Source: Candidatus Woesearchaeota archaeon B3_Woes (GTDB lineage: Archaea; Nanobdellota; Nanobdellia; Woesearchaeales; B3-WOES). Taken from it: a DNA stretch of 64,000 nt. Shown here piece after piece: positions 1 to 10,253 of this stretch. The stretch is from assembly GCA_005222965.1 (NCBI GenBank), contig NJBG01000001.1, forward strand, positions 332,323-396,322, written 5' to 3'. Numbering within the stretch: the stretch's first letter is position 1; each line of letters opens with the position of its first letter. Position numbers and translations under genes: made by a program. The notes beneath the pieces were generated by a model that was not told the DNA's origin, did no database searches, and saw only the letters and a list, made by a program, of their open reading frames with translations.

Positions 1-3000
1 TGATTTATTTTGTGGAAATGATACTCATCAAATTAGGATTGATAATAATCCACCAGATGTTAGTATAATTTATCCAGAAAGCAAGTCATATGCTGGTGAT
101 GTAACTGACTTAAATTATACAGCTTCTGATGATGGTATACTAGATAGTTGTTGGTATAATAATGGTACAATAAATTCAACTCCAGATCCAACTTGTTCAA
201 ATTTCACAGGTTTAAATTCAAATGAAGGGTCTAATACATGGACAGTTTATGCTAATGATTCAACAGGGCAGGAAGGTTCAGTTAGTGTAACTTTCATCAA
301 AGATACTACAAATCCTTTAGTAACTGGTTTAACAGAAAACCCTCTTGATTCGCCAACATATGTTCAGGGGGCAACATATGAATTTAATGCAACAGTTATA
401 GATAATATAGATGTTGATACTGTTTTATTAGATTTCAACGGAACAAATTATAATGCAACAAATATTACTGAAAATATTTACAACGTTACTATCATAGATC
501 TTGCAGTAGGAACCTATAATTATGAATGGTATGCAAATGATACTGTTGGAAATATTAATAACACTGAAACTGGAACTTATACAGTTAACAAAGCAATACC
601 AACCGGAACTTTAACAAGCTCAGGTGGTTGGACAATTGATTATGGAACTCAAACAACAATAAACTATTCTGAATCTAATAACGGAGATTCTGGTGTTGTT
701 TATAACATATATAGAGATGGTGTTGATAAAACAGGTGGAGAAACAGTTACACTAGCTGCAGGAAATTATAGTTATGTATTGAACACAACCGGAGGAACTA
801 ATTATACATCTAATTCAAGTATGGATAATAAAACATTAATTGTTAGTCAAATAGCTTCACAAACAAATCTAACATTTGATTTAGCCACTCCTCAGACTTA
901 TGGCACATCTATTACTCCAATATGTTCTGTTATAACAGGAGTAGGAACATCTGTTTTAAAGGTAAATGGAACAACAATAACATCTGGAAATCCAATAACT
1001 CTTGGATCTGGAACATGGAGCTTTAATTGTAGCTTAGCAGAAACACAAAATTATACTTATTCACAAAATACTTCAGACTTTACAATCGACCAAGCAACAC
1101 CTCCTTTAAATTTAACAATAACACCAAGTGCTTCTGTTAATTACCCAACACAAACCACTGCAAATGGTTCAGGATGTCCATCACAATTAACTTGTAACTT
1201 ATATAGAAATGATACAGGAAGTGTTGATGAACCAAATGTTGTAACATTGGGTGCAGGAAGTTATAATTATACATATAATACTTCAGGAAATGCAAATTAT
1301 ACAAGCTATAGTGTTTCAGATATTTTGATAGTTAATCAGGCAATACCTACAGGAAATTTAACAAGTTCAGCAGGCTGGACAATAGAAGAAGGAACACAAA
1401 CAACAATAAATTATTCTGAATCTAATAACGGGGATTCTGATGTTGTTTATAAAATTTATAGAGATAATACAGATATTGGTTCTAATGAAACATGGACACC
1501 ATCATTAGGGACTTATAGTTATGTCTTAAATACAACAGGAGGAACCAATTATACTTCAAATTCAAGTATGGATGCTAAAACACTAACTGTTCAAGATAAT
1601 ACATATCCTTTAATTTCAATTGTCTATCCTTCAAATAATTCATATTCATCAGATACAGAATTATATATTAACTATAGTTTTACAGAAACAAATCCTGGTT
1701 TTTGTTGGTGGACTAATAATTCTGGGGTAAACAACTATTCTTTAGCTACTTGTGGAACAAATATAACAACAGAAACATGGAGTGAAGGCGCACATACTAT
1801 AATTATTTATATAAATGATACAAGTGGGAATGAAAATTCAAGTTCTGTAACATTTACTATTGATACTTTTAATCCTTTATTAACAATTGTTGAGCCACAA
1901 AGCATTACATATACAACTTCATCATTAACTATAAATTACAGTGTTTCTGATGATAATTTAGATAGTTGTTGGTATACAGATGATAATGGAGAAACAAACA
2001 ACACATTAACAAATTGTCAAAATACAACTTATACACCACCACAAGGTACTACAACACTAAAAATATATGCCAATGATAGTGCAGGAAATATAAATGATAC
2101 AGAAAATGTAACATTCTTTGTTGATTCAATTGTTCAAATAGAATTTGGAGCAGGAACAAAACCTAACGCATCTTTTGCTAATCAAGAATTTATTTATGTT
2201 AATGTAACTGTTATAGAGGATAATTTTTCAAATATTACCTATGAATTATATAATTCAACAAATCTATTAAACAGTACAATTTATTATACCTTAATTACAA
2301 CTATAAACTGGACAAACCTAAGTAATGATAATGTTGAATACTTCTATAATGTAAGTGCGTTTGATGATTTTGGAAATTTCAATTCAACAGGAACAAGAAA
2401 GCTTACTCTTACACAAAATAATCCACCACAGGTTAGTATAATTTATCCAGAAAGCAAGTCATATGCTGGTGATGTAACTGACTTAAATTATACAGCTTCT
2501 GATGATGGTATACTAGATAGTTGTTGGTATAATAATGGTACAATAAATTCAACTCCAGATCCAACTTGTTCAAATTTCACAGGTTTAAATTCAAATGAAG
2601 GGTCTAATACATGGACAGTTTATGCTAATGATTCAACAGGGCAGGAAGGTTCAGCTAGTGTGACTTTTATCAAAGATACTACTTATCCAACGTTCTCTAG
2701 TTATTTAAGAAGTCCAGATCCTCCAAATGAAGATGAGGATATCCAGGTAAATGTAACTGTTACAGAAGAAAATAATGATACAGTTCTTTTAGAATGGAAT
2801 GGAACAGTAAACTATACTATTACAACAAATAATGGGGATGAGTATTACTTTACAATTGCCCAGGGAAATTATACTGCTCATGATATAATAACTTATTATT
2901 GGTATGCTAATGATACTGCTGGAAACCTGAATAAATCAATACAGCAATCATTTAAAGTTGAAAATCGAATACCTTCTGTTTCACAACCTTCATTAAATGA

Positions 3001-6000
3001 TACAACACCTCAAACAAATGATGTTATTTCATGTGATAATGGAACATTCTCTGATGATGATGCAGAAGATGGTTCAGAAGAAGGTAGAGAATTTAAATGG
3101 TATAATAATGATAGTGAAGTTAGTGAAGAAACTTCACAAACTCTTGATTTATCAGTATCTAACTTAGATAAAGGAAATGTAATTAAGTGTTCAATAAGAG
3201 TGAATGATAGTTATAACTGGAGTTCCTGGGTTAATTCCAGTAATACTGCAACTATTAATAATACAGCTCCTGTAATAACTACCCCTCAACCACCAGTGAA
3301 CAAAGATGCAGATGGAACATCTTATGATTATGATTATAATGTAACAGATCCTGATGCAGGAGATACTATAACTTGGTATGATAATACTACTCTATTTAAC
3401 ATAAGCTCTTCAACAGGTGTAATCTCACATACTCCTAGTGAAGGTGAAGCAGGTAGTTATTCTATTTTAATAAATGTTTCAGATGGAACAGTTCAGGATA
3501 CTGATTCTTTTACTTATACTATAAATGATGTTACTTATCCATTGATAGAATGGGTAAATCCTACAAAAAATTCAGGAGTACTTGTCCATAAAGATTACAT
3601 AGAGATAAATGTAACAGTAATAGAAACTAATTTAGATACAATTACTATAAGACTATATAATTCAACAAACGATTCAATAAAAACAAATACCTCGAACTCG
3701 AGTCCATTTTATATTAAATATTCTTCTTTAAATGGAGGTCTTTATTTCTATAATGCTACTGTAAATGACACCGTAGATAATAAAAATTCAACAGAAACAA
3801 GAAATATTACATTAGACACAAATCCTCCTACATTAACAATTAACAAACCAAAAAATGAAACTTATTTCGAAAATGTTTCTCTTAAATTAAATATTAGCAC
3901 TAATGCAGATAACACATGGTATAATATTGATGATGAGAATAACATAACACTTGAACAAGAAACATATTTCAATACAAGCGATGGAACCCATACCATATAT
4001 GTTTTTGCAAATAATAGTTTTGGAATCACAACAAAAAATGTAACATTTGATGTGGACCTTAATCTATATAACATAAACAATAGTAAATTTAAAGGTTCTG
4101 AAAAAGGCAATTCAACCAATTTCAATGAATATTCATTTGAAGAAATACAAAATTTAAGCAATATTATACTCGAAAATACCTCATCCGGAAAAATACAATT
4201 TAATGATGTAATTAATTTAACTGATGATGCAAATTCAAGTGATAATGAAACAGATTTAGAAAACAACATATATATTTCTTTTAACAGAATTGAAGTAAAC
4301 TCTAATGTCTTACCTAACTTTAATAAAAATGCAACTTTAGCTCTTTATAATTTAAATTTCAATAATCCAAGAATATTAAAAGATGGTTCTATTTGTCCAT
4401 CAGAAATTTGCAAACAAAACAGTTATTCAGTAGGAACAGGAACTCTAAGTTTCAATGTTACTTCATTCACTGTTTACTCTTCAGAAGAAACACCTGAAGG
4501 AGGTGCTCTTCCTAGTAAAGGTGGTGGTGGAGGAACCTTAAAAGTAATTAATTTCTCTATAGATAATGAGGTAGTTAGTTTGGGTATAGATACTTACCTA
4601 CTTAATTTGAAATTAAAGCAAGGTGAAACTAGAAGAGAAAAAATAGTTGTTGAAAATAAAGGAAATAGGGATCAGAAATTTAATTTAAAAATAAAAGATA
4701 TAGAAAGATTTGTAATTTTAAATGAAAAGACATTCACACTTTCTCCAGAAAATTCAAAAGAAATTTATGTTGATTTTTATGTTAGTGAAAATGAACAAGC
4801 AGAGCTTCACACTGGAAAAATAATTGTAAGTTCAGGTCAAGTTACTAAATCAATTAATGTTATTCTAGATATTATAGAGAAAATAGCCATATTTGATATA
4901 AGGTCTGAATTAACAGATGTAACTTTAGCAAAAAATCAAAAGATATCATCAAAAATAGATATGAAGAATATTGGAGATTTGAGAAAACGTGTTGATGTTG
5001 TTTTAGAATACTTTATTAAAGATTTTGAAGGCAATCAAATAAAACTTGAAGAAGAAACAATTGGTGTGGATGGTAATTTAATAATTGAAAGAAAATTCAC
5101 TATTCCAGAAAAACTAGAACATGGAGATTATTTATTTTATGTAAAACTTAATTATCTTGATAGTATTGCTACAAGCGCAAATCCATTTACTATAGTCAAA
5201 GAGCCAGCATTTATTACTTATATAAAAGCTCACTTTATAGTATTATTAATCAATTTATTATTCATAATAGGGATTACATTTATTGAATTAAGAAGGATGT
5301 ATAAACTACCTAACTATCAATTTTATTTCTTAAGATTATTTAGATTCTTCAAAGAAAAAAATAAAATTGTACAGATTTCATTAATTGTTTTATTAGTGAT
5401 ATGTGGAATAGCATTTAATCCTTATATAAACCAGGGTTTGTTTAAAGAAAAACCAATCCAACCAATCGTAAAGATAGAAAAGTTGCAGGTAGAACAATTT
5501 TCACCAGAACCTCTGCTTAATGTTCTGCCTTTTATTATAGCATTATTAATCATAATAACTGTTGTTTGGATAAAAGAAGATGAAAGATATCTTAGAAAGA
5601 CTTTAAAGGGATTTGCTGTAATAATCAGGAAATATTTTATCAGGATTAAGGTATTCTTATTAAAGCCGCTCAAACATGTTGAGAAAAAGGTTGATAATGT
5701 AGTAGATGTTGGTAAAACAAAAGCAGTTAGCTTAGTAAAAGAAGATGAAAGATATCTTAAAAGGATTTTAAAGGGATTTGCTGTAATAATCAGGAAATAC
5801 TTTAATAAAATTAAAAGGTTTTTGTTAAAGTTATTCAAAAAGACAAAGAATAAAATAGATAATATTAAAAATATAGACCTTGGTGGAATAACAAACAAAT
5901 TATTTAAAATAAAACAATATAAGGATAAATTAAAAAAAATATATGGATTAAGTTTAGCTCAACTAAAATCATTTAAATTGAAAGAAGAATATGTTGTTAA

Positions 6001-6790
6001 ACAAAGAATGGAACCAAGCTTAGATAGAAGCAAATTTATAAAAAAAGGAGACATTATGTTTATTTTCAGTATTCTAATCATGTTAATGTGCGGAATAGCA
6101 TTTAATTCTGAAATAAATCACGGTCTATTCAAAGAAAGCTATATCCAACCAATTGTAAAGACAGAATCAATACACATAGAACAATTTTCACCAGTTCAAC
6201 TACTTGATTGGGGTCCAATTGTTTTGGCTTTAATCGTAATAATATTAATTGTTTTGATAAAAGAAGACAAAATTAATATTAAAAAAATACAAAGAATTTC
6301 AAAAAACTTAAGGAAAATAATAAAGAGGAATTTTAGAAAAATTAAATGGTTTTTAACAAAAAAGGTTCCAAGAAGAATTAATAATATCAAAGGGATAGAT
6401 GTTGCTAAAATAATAAGAAGGTTAAAAAAAGTAAAACCGCATAAGAAATTAAAAAAACATTACATTACTAACATTCATCCAAAAGTTTCTAGGGAATTGA
6501 TAAAAACTAATGAATTGTTTGTAAAAGAATATAAAAAAGAGTATACAGATAAATTTATTGCACTTTTATTTATAATGATTGTTGTGGGTATGTCAATCTT
6601 TGCATTTACTCCTAAGTTTAATCCGGGGGTAATAGTAGAAGAACAGCCACTTGTTGATATTATGATAATCAAACAACCAGTAGAGTATTTTTCACCAGAA
6701 CCTATGTTAAATATTTGGCCTTTTATTCTAGCATTATTAATAATAATTATAGTATCTATTATAAAATTTAAAAGAGAAAAAGAAGATTAG
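1..6790 (+). CDS. Giant surface/S-layer-like glycoprotein, 5'-truncated by the window; tandem Ig-like repeats and a multi-TM C-terminal anchor
   Basis: Frame 2 is open from base 2 (DLFCGNDTHQ...) into ORF 779..6790. Asn/Thr/Ser-rich with many N-x-S/T sequons, repeated 'P.ISIVYP...C(W)Y...YANDS.G' modules, a poly-Gly linker and about 7 hydrophobic segments at the C-terminus. Confidence 0.85.
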   Translation, partial: DLFCGNDTHQIRIDNNPPDVSIIYPESKSYAGDVTDLNYTASDDGILDSCWYNNGTINSTPDPTCSNFTGLNSNEGSNTWTVYANDSTGQEGSVSVTFIKDTTNPLVTGLTENPLDSPTYVQGATYEFNATVIDNIDVDTVLLDFNGTNYNATNITENIYNVTIIDLAVGTYNYEWYANDTVGNINNTETGTYTVNKAIPTGTLTSSGGWTIDYGTQTTINYSESNNGDSGVVYNIYRDGVDKTGGETVTLAAGNYSYVLNTTGGTNYTSNSSMDNKTLIVSQIASQTNLTFDLATPQTYGTSITPICSVITGVGTSVLKVNGTTITSGNPITLGSGTWSFNCSLAETQNYTYSQNTSDFTIDQATPPLNLTITPSASVNYPTQTTANGSGCPSQLTCNLYRNDTGSVDEPNVVTLGAGSYNYTYNTSGNANYTSYSVSDILIVNQAIPTGNLTSSAGWTIEEGTQTTINYSESNNGDSDVVYKIYRDNTDIGSNETWTPSLGTYSYVLNTTGGTNYTSNSSMDAKTLTVQDNTYPLISIVYPSNNSYSSDTELYINYSFTETNPGFCWWTNNSGVNNYSLATCGTNITTETWSEGAHTIIIYINDTSGNENSSSVTFTIDTFNPLLTIVEPQSITYTTSSLTINYSVSDDNLDSCWYTDDNGETNNTLTNCQNTTYTPPQGTTTLKIYANDSAGNINDTENVTFFVDSIVQIEFGAGTKPNASFANQEFIYVNVTVIEDNFSNITYELYNSTNLLNSTIYYTLITTINWTNLSNDNVEYFYNVSAFDDFGNFNSTGTRKLTLTQNNPPQVSIIYPESKSYAGDVTDLNYTASDDGILDSCWYNNGTINSTPDPTCSNFTGLNSNEGSNTWTVYANDSTGQEGSASVTFIKDTTYPTFSSYLRSPDPPNEDEDIQVNVTVTEENNDTVLLEWNGTVNYTITTNNGDEYYFTIAQGNYTAHDIITYYWYANDTAGNLNKSIQQSFKVENRIPSVSQPSLNDTTPQTNDVISCDNGTFSDDDAEDGSEEGREFKWYNNDSEVSEETSQTLDLSVSNLDKGNVIKCSIRVNDSYNWSSWVNSSNTATINNTAPVITTPQPPVNKDADGTSYDYDYNVTDPDAGDTITWYDNTTLFNISSSTGVISHTPSEGEAGSYSILINVSDGTVQDTDSFTYTINDVTYPLIEWVNPTKNSGVLVHKDYIEINVTVIETNLDTITIRLYNSTNDSIKTNTSNSSPFYIKYSSLNGGLYFYNATVNDTVDNKNSTETRNITLDTNPPTLTINKPKNETYFENVSLKLNISTNADNTWYNIDDENNITLEQETYFNTSDGTHTIYVFANNSFGITTKNVTFDVDLNLYNINNSKFKGSEKGNSTNFNEYSFEEIQNLSNIILENTSSGKIQFNDVINLTDDANSSDNETDLENNIYISFNRIEVNSNVLPNFNKNATLALYNLNFNNPRILKDGSICPSEICKQNSYSVGTGTLSFNVTSFTVYSSEETPEGGALPSKGGGGGTLKVINFSIDNEVVSLGIDTYLLNLKLKQGETRREKIVVENKGNRDQKFNLKIKDIERFVILNEKTFTLSPENSKEIYVDFYVSENEQAELHTGKIIVSSGQVTKSINVILDIIEKIAIFDIRSELTDVTLAKNQKISSKIDMKNIGDLRKRVDVVLEYFIKDFEGNQIKLEEETIGVDGNLIIERKFTIPEKLEHGDYLFYVKLNYLDSIATSANPFTIVKEPAFITYIKAHFIVLLINLLFIIGITFIELRRMYKLPNYQFYFLRLFRFFKEKNKIVQISLIVLLVICGIAFNPYINQGLFKEKPIQPIVKIEKLQVEQFSPEPLLNVLPFIIALLIIITVVWIKEDERYLRKTLKGFAVIIRKYFIRIKVFLLKPLKHVEKKVDNVVDVGKTKAVSLVKEDERYLKRILKGFAVIIRKYFNKIKRFLLKLFKKTKNKIDNIKNIDLGGITNKLFKIKQYKDKLKKIYGLSLAQLKSFKLKEEYVVKQRMEPSLDRSKFIKKGDIMFIFSILIMLMCGIAFNSEINHGLFKESYIQPIVKTESIHIEQFSPVQLLDWGPIVLALIVIILIVLIKEDKINIKKIQRISKNLRKIIKRNFRKIKWFLTKKVPRRINNIKGIDVAKIIRRLKKVKPHKKLKKHYITNIHPKVSRELIKTNELFVKEYKKEYTDKFIALLFIMIVVGMSIFAFTPKFNPGVIVEEQPLVDIMIIKQPVEYFSPEPMLNIWPFILALLIIIIVSIIKFKREKED
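44..309 (+). repeat. Intragenic direct repeat copy 1 (copy 2 at 2417..2682)
   Basis: 59..281 is identical to 2432..2654 by eye; the offset of 2373 nt is in frame. Confidence 0.9.
2417..2682 (+). repeat. Intragenic direct repeat copy 2
   Basis: Near-identical to 44..309. Confidence 0.9.
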
Positions 6791-6915
6791 GCTTTTTCTT
6801 CTAATCTTCTTAAAGTTTCTTCAACTCTTTCTAATTTTTCCATTATTTCGCCATGTGTTGGTTCTTCTTTTAGAGTAGGTCTCCTGTGAAACCTTTCGTG
6901 TGGTGGTATTGGCAT
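6787..6915 (-). CDS. Uncalled 42-aa protein MPIPPHERFHRRPTLKEEPTHGEIMEKLERVEETLRRLEEKA (PPH motif plus coiled coil)
   Basis: GGAGGTGA Shine-Dalgarno directly upstream of ATG; open frame to TAA; last gene of a minus-strand operon. Confidence 0.8.
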   Translation of the reverse strand: MPIPPHERFHRRPTLKEEPTHGEIMEKLERVEETLRRLEEKA

Positions 6916-6932
6916 AATTTTCACCTCCATTC

Positions 6933-7154
6933 TTATTTTTCAATTTGCACCATGTAACCTATAGTTAATGTTCCTATCCAAATCGGTGCACTAGATGGAA
7001 CTATAACATTTATTGGAATCTCAAAAAGTTTTAATGTAAATGCAACCAATATTGTGAAAAAGGTTGAAAAGATAAAACTAATAAGAAGAAATTTTATCTT
7101 ATTTACATTTCTAATTGGTAAAGCGTGTGGAGGGATATGTTCATGTGGTACCAT
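6933..7154 (-). CDS. Small 2-TM membrane protein with N-terminal PHEHIPPH motif
   Basis: ORF track; start reassigned to ATG 7154 after GGTGA; two hydrophobic segments. Confidence 0.75.
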   Translation of the reverse strand: MVPHEHIPPHALPIRNVNKIKFLLISFIFSTFFTILVAFTLKLFEIPINVIVPSSAPIWIGTLTIGYMVQIEK

Positions 7155-7155
7155 T

Positions 7156-7446
7156 CTACTCACCTTTTGGTTTTATTTTTTCAATTGATTGTTGTATCAA
7201 TTCCTCAAGAGGGTCTCCTTGTAATTTTTCTGAGATAACTTGTTGTCCCCATTGATATATTGCTAATTGATCTGTTGGTTTCTTTAGTCTATCTGCATAC
7301 TTAATTGTCGCTCCTAAAATTTCTACTAACTCTTCTCGTGAGTTTGTTAATTCTATTGCAGTTCTATAATACATAGATACTGCTACATGTGCATTTTCCC
7401 CTTTTGCTTGTTCAGCCATATTTACATATTGTTGTGCTTGTTTCAT
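7156..7446 (-). CDS. Small alpha-helical hypothetical protein (TPR-like character)
   Basis: 96-aa ORF; GGGGG purine tract upstream; abuts the next gene. Confidence 0.65.
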   Translation of the reverse strand: MKQAQQYVNMAEQAKGENAHVAVSMYYRTAIELTNSREELVEILGATIKYADRLKKPTDQLAIYQWGQQVISEKLQGDPLEELIQQSIEKIKPKGE

Positions 7447-7502
7447 TTTTGTACGCCCCCAGAAAAGCTTTCGGCTTTTCTAGAAATATGGAAAGCATAG
7501 AA

Positions 7503-7555
7503 CTATATAAATGTTTCGGTTATTCTAGAAAAATAGAAACATAACATTTATATAG
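7503..7555. promoter_or_regulatory. Back-to-back divergent TATA promoters with a central TTCTAGAA palindrome (candidate operator)
   Basis: CTATATAAATGTT (7503-7515) and AACATTTATATAG (7543-7555) form a 13-bp inverted repeat; TTCTAGAA at 7523-7530 and TTTCTAGAAA at 7477-7486. Confidence 0.55.
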
Positions 7556-7576
7556 AAAAACCGATATCATTATAAT

Positions 7577-7960
7577 ATGCCTCACTTCCCACCACATCTA
7601 TTTGATGAAATTGTGCATAAAGCACTATCCTCTAATGTAAGGAGAGATCTTCTTTTATCACTAAGCAAAAAACCAAAATATCTTTCTGAAATTGCAGAGG
7701 AAGTAAACAAAAAACCACAAACAGTAGATTTTCATTTAAACATTCTATCAGAGATAGGATTAGTTGAAGGAAAATGGATTGAAGGGAAGAAATATTATTC
7801 AATTAAAGACAAGAAAATTGTTGAATTTTTAAAAGAAAGAAAATCTATTCCCCCTGAGTTTAGACATAAACCCCCTCACGAGATTGTATTAGATGCGTGT
7901 GCTGATTTATCTAAAAAACTTGATAGAATAGAAAAGAAAGTTGATAAACTAAATAAATAG
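7577..7960 (+). CDS. ArsR-family winged-helix transcriptional regulator with PPH motifs and a C-terminal coiled coil
   Basis: ALSSNVRRDLL..L...YLSEIAEEV.KKPQTVDFHLNILSEIGLV matches the ArsR HTH pattern. Confidence 0.85.
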   Translation: MPHFPPHLFDEIVHKALSSNVRRDLLLSLSKKPKYLSEIAEEVNKKPQTVDFHLNILSEIGLVEGKWIEGKKYYSIKDKKIVEFLKERKSIPPEFRHKPPHEIVLDACADLSKKLDRIEKKVDKLNK

Positions 7961-7963
7961 AAA

Positions 7964-10171
7964 TTATTCCTCTTTCTCAATTTTTTCAGTAAACCTGCAC
8001 TTAGGGTATTTATTACAACCCAAGAACGCACCATAAATAGATTTTCTAACAACTAATTGCCCTTCTTTACATTTAGGACATGGTTTCTCAACGTTTCCAT
8101 TTTCTATATCATCAATCTCTTTTAGTTGTTCTTTAGTATGATTTTCCATCTTTCCAGAACATTTTGAATTTATACATAATTCTTGCGGCCTTTTTCTTTT
8201 CTTAATAATCAAAACCTTTGGCAACCCGCAAGTTTCACAAATATTTTTAGTGGGTTTGATTAAAGCAGCAGGTAATGAAAATATTGTTTTGCAATCAGGA
8301 TATTTATCACAAGCTATAAAATGGCCAAATTTTCCTCTTCTAATAGATAAACTACCTTCTTTACAATTTGGACAGTTCCCAATATGAGTCATAACATTTA
8401 TCGTTTCCCTATTAGCTGCTAAAAGTTCTTCTCCAACCTCCTTCTCATCTTTCTTAAATTTCTTTATAATATCTGTAACAATCTTTTTTGCTTCTTCAAT
8501 AACTTCTTCTTTTGTTTTCTTAGACTCTCTTATCAAACTCATTTCCTCTTCAAAATGTCTTGTTAATTTTTCATTAACTAAAGTTTCGCAATGTTTTGCT
8601 AATGTTTCAGAAGTTCTTATTCCTAACTCAGTTGCTTCTATTGCCTTGCCATCAATATACCCCCTCTGAAATAAAGTATCTATAATCTGTGCTCTTGTAG
8701 ATTTGGTTCCTAAATTCCTTTTTTCTAATTCTTTGATAATTGAACTCTCAGTATATCTTTTAGGAGGCGTTGTTTCCTTGTCCCATTTTGTAATTTTGCT
8801 AATATCGATTTTATCTCCTTTCTTCATATCTGGAAGCTCTTCTTCCTTAAACATTGCATACTTTCCATATAAGATATGCCACCCTTGTTCAACTGTTGTT
8901 GTACCTTTTGTAATAAATATCTCTTCTTTAACATCAATTTTCGCCTTAATTGTCTGTCTAACTGCAGAATCTCCAAAAGTAGCTAAAAATCTTCTAACAA
9001 TTAAATCATATAATTTTAATTTTTCTTCTTCAGCTTTAGGAATTATCCCAGTAGGATAAATAGCAGGATGTGCAGGATCTGTTTTCTTACCATTGTTTGG
9101 CTTTAATGTTTTTTTCTTTAGTAAAAAATCAACACTTTCTTTATAATTTTTTGATTTTAAAAGTCCATTAAGTATTTTTTTATACTCAATCGATTCTGGT
9201 AATTGTTGTGAAGATGTTCTTGGATAAGAAATATTACCTCCAGTGTATAATTCTTGTGCAATTTCTAATGTTTTTTTAGGTGAAATCTTCAAACATTTAT
9301 GTGCTTCTATTTGTAAAGAAGTTAAATCAAATGGTGTAGGAGGTTCTTGATTAAATTTTTTTGTTTCTGTCTCTTTAATTTTAGCTTGTTTTTCGTCTTT
9401 AATTTTATTTAATATTTTTTCTGCGTCTTTTTTATCAAAAATTTTATCTTTTTCATGCCACGCTTCAATATTCTGCTGATTAACTTTTCCATTTAGAGAT
9501 AACATCCAATATGGGTCTGGAATAAATGCTTTGATTTCTTTTTCTTTATCTACTATCATCTTTAAAGAAGGACCTTGAACACGACCAGTTGACATTAATT
9601 TAAAACCGCCAGTAGTGCTTATTGCTTTTGTTAAAGCTTTAGATACGTTTACACCATAAAACCAATCAAGAAAATGTCTTGTTACACCAGCATTTGCCTG
9701 GCCCCAATCTAAAGTTGATTGTGCATTTTCATAAGACTTAACTAATTCATCTTTAGTTAATGTAGAGAATTTCATTCTCTTTGCATCATTCTTTTTACAG
9801 ATAAACTTAACAATATTTAATCCAATTACCTCTCCTTCAATATCATAATCAGTTGCAACAGTAAAAGTATCTGCTTTTTTTGCTAATCTTTTCAAAACAG
9901 TTGTATATTTTTTACTAAATGCGCTGCCTTTATTTATATCATAAGTAGGAACCCATTCAATATCAAAAATTGGTAATGGTGCTCTTTTTTCTTTTTGTTT
10001 TAATCCATATAAATGACCAACAGCACACCCAACAATAATATCTTTGTCTCCATGAGTGATTTCATAAGATACAACTTTATTTGTTGTGTTTTTTATTGGT
10101 TTGCCATCTGCTAAAGCTTCTGCTATTTTATTCGCTGCATTCGGCTTTTCACATATGATTAGTTCTACCAT
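7964..10171 (-). CDS. topA: DNA topoisomerase IA with C-terminal zinc ribbons
   Basis: TOPRIM 'LIICEKP', 'ATDYDIEGE', 'GRVQ', catalytic 'ISYPRT'; C4 zinc ribbons; start at ATG 10171. Confidence 0.97.
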   Translation of the reverse strand: MVELIICEKPNAANKIAEALADGKPIKNTTNKVVSYEITHGDKDIIVGCAVGHLYGLKQKEKRAPLPIFDIEWVPTYDINKGSAFSKKYTTVLKRLAKKADTFTVATDYDIEGEVIGLNIVKFICKKNDAKRMKFSTLTKDELVKSYENAQSTLDWGQANAGVTRHFLDWFYGVNVSKALTKAISTTGGFKLMSTGRVQGPSLKMIVDKEKEIKAFIPDPYWMLSLNGKVNQQNIEAWHEKDKIFDKKDAEKILNKIKDEKQAKIKETETKKFNQEPPTPFDLTSLQIEAHKCLKISPKKTLEIAQELYTGGNISYPRTSSQQLPESIEYKKILNGLLKSKNYKESVDFLLKKKTLKPNNGKKTDPAHPAIYPTGIIPKAEEEKLKLYDLIVRRFLATFGDSAVRQTIKAKIDVKEEIFITKGTTTVEQGWHILYGKYAMFKEEELPDMKKGDKIDISKITKWDKETTPPKRYTESSIIKELEKRNLGTKSTRAQIIDTLFQRGYIDGKAIEATELGIRTSETLAKHCETLVNEKLTRHFEEEMSLIRESKKTKEEVIEEAKKIVTDIIKKFKKDEKEVGEELLAANRETINVMTHIGNCPNCKEGSLSIRRGKFGHFIACDKYPDCKTIFSLPAALIKPTKNICETCGLPKVLIIKKRKRPQELCINSKCSGKMENHTKEQLKEIDDIENGNVEKPCPKCKEGQLVVRKSIYGAFLGCNKYPKCRFTEKIEKEE

Positions 10172-10253
10172 TTTCTGACATAGATTCAAAATCATTTAAA
10201 AAGGCTTTGATTTTGGTATATTTTATATATCTCTTATAATTTTTTCAACTAAA

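Noticed and set aside
44..2682. Diversity-generating retroelement TR/VR pair
   Set aside because: The core is identical, the few edge differences are not adenine-specific, both copies are coding in frame, and there is no reverse transcriptase in the window
3862..6672. Antisense ORFs within the surface gene, and similar shadow ORFs across the window
   Set aside because: They lie fully opposite well-supported genes, have no motifs, and show the low-complexity F/L/I/S composition expected from AT-rich antisense frames
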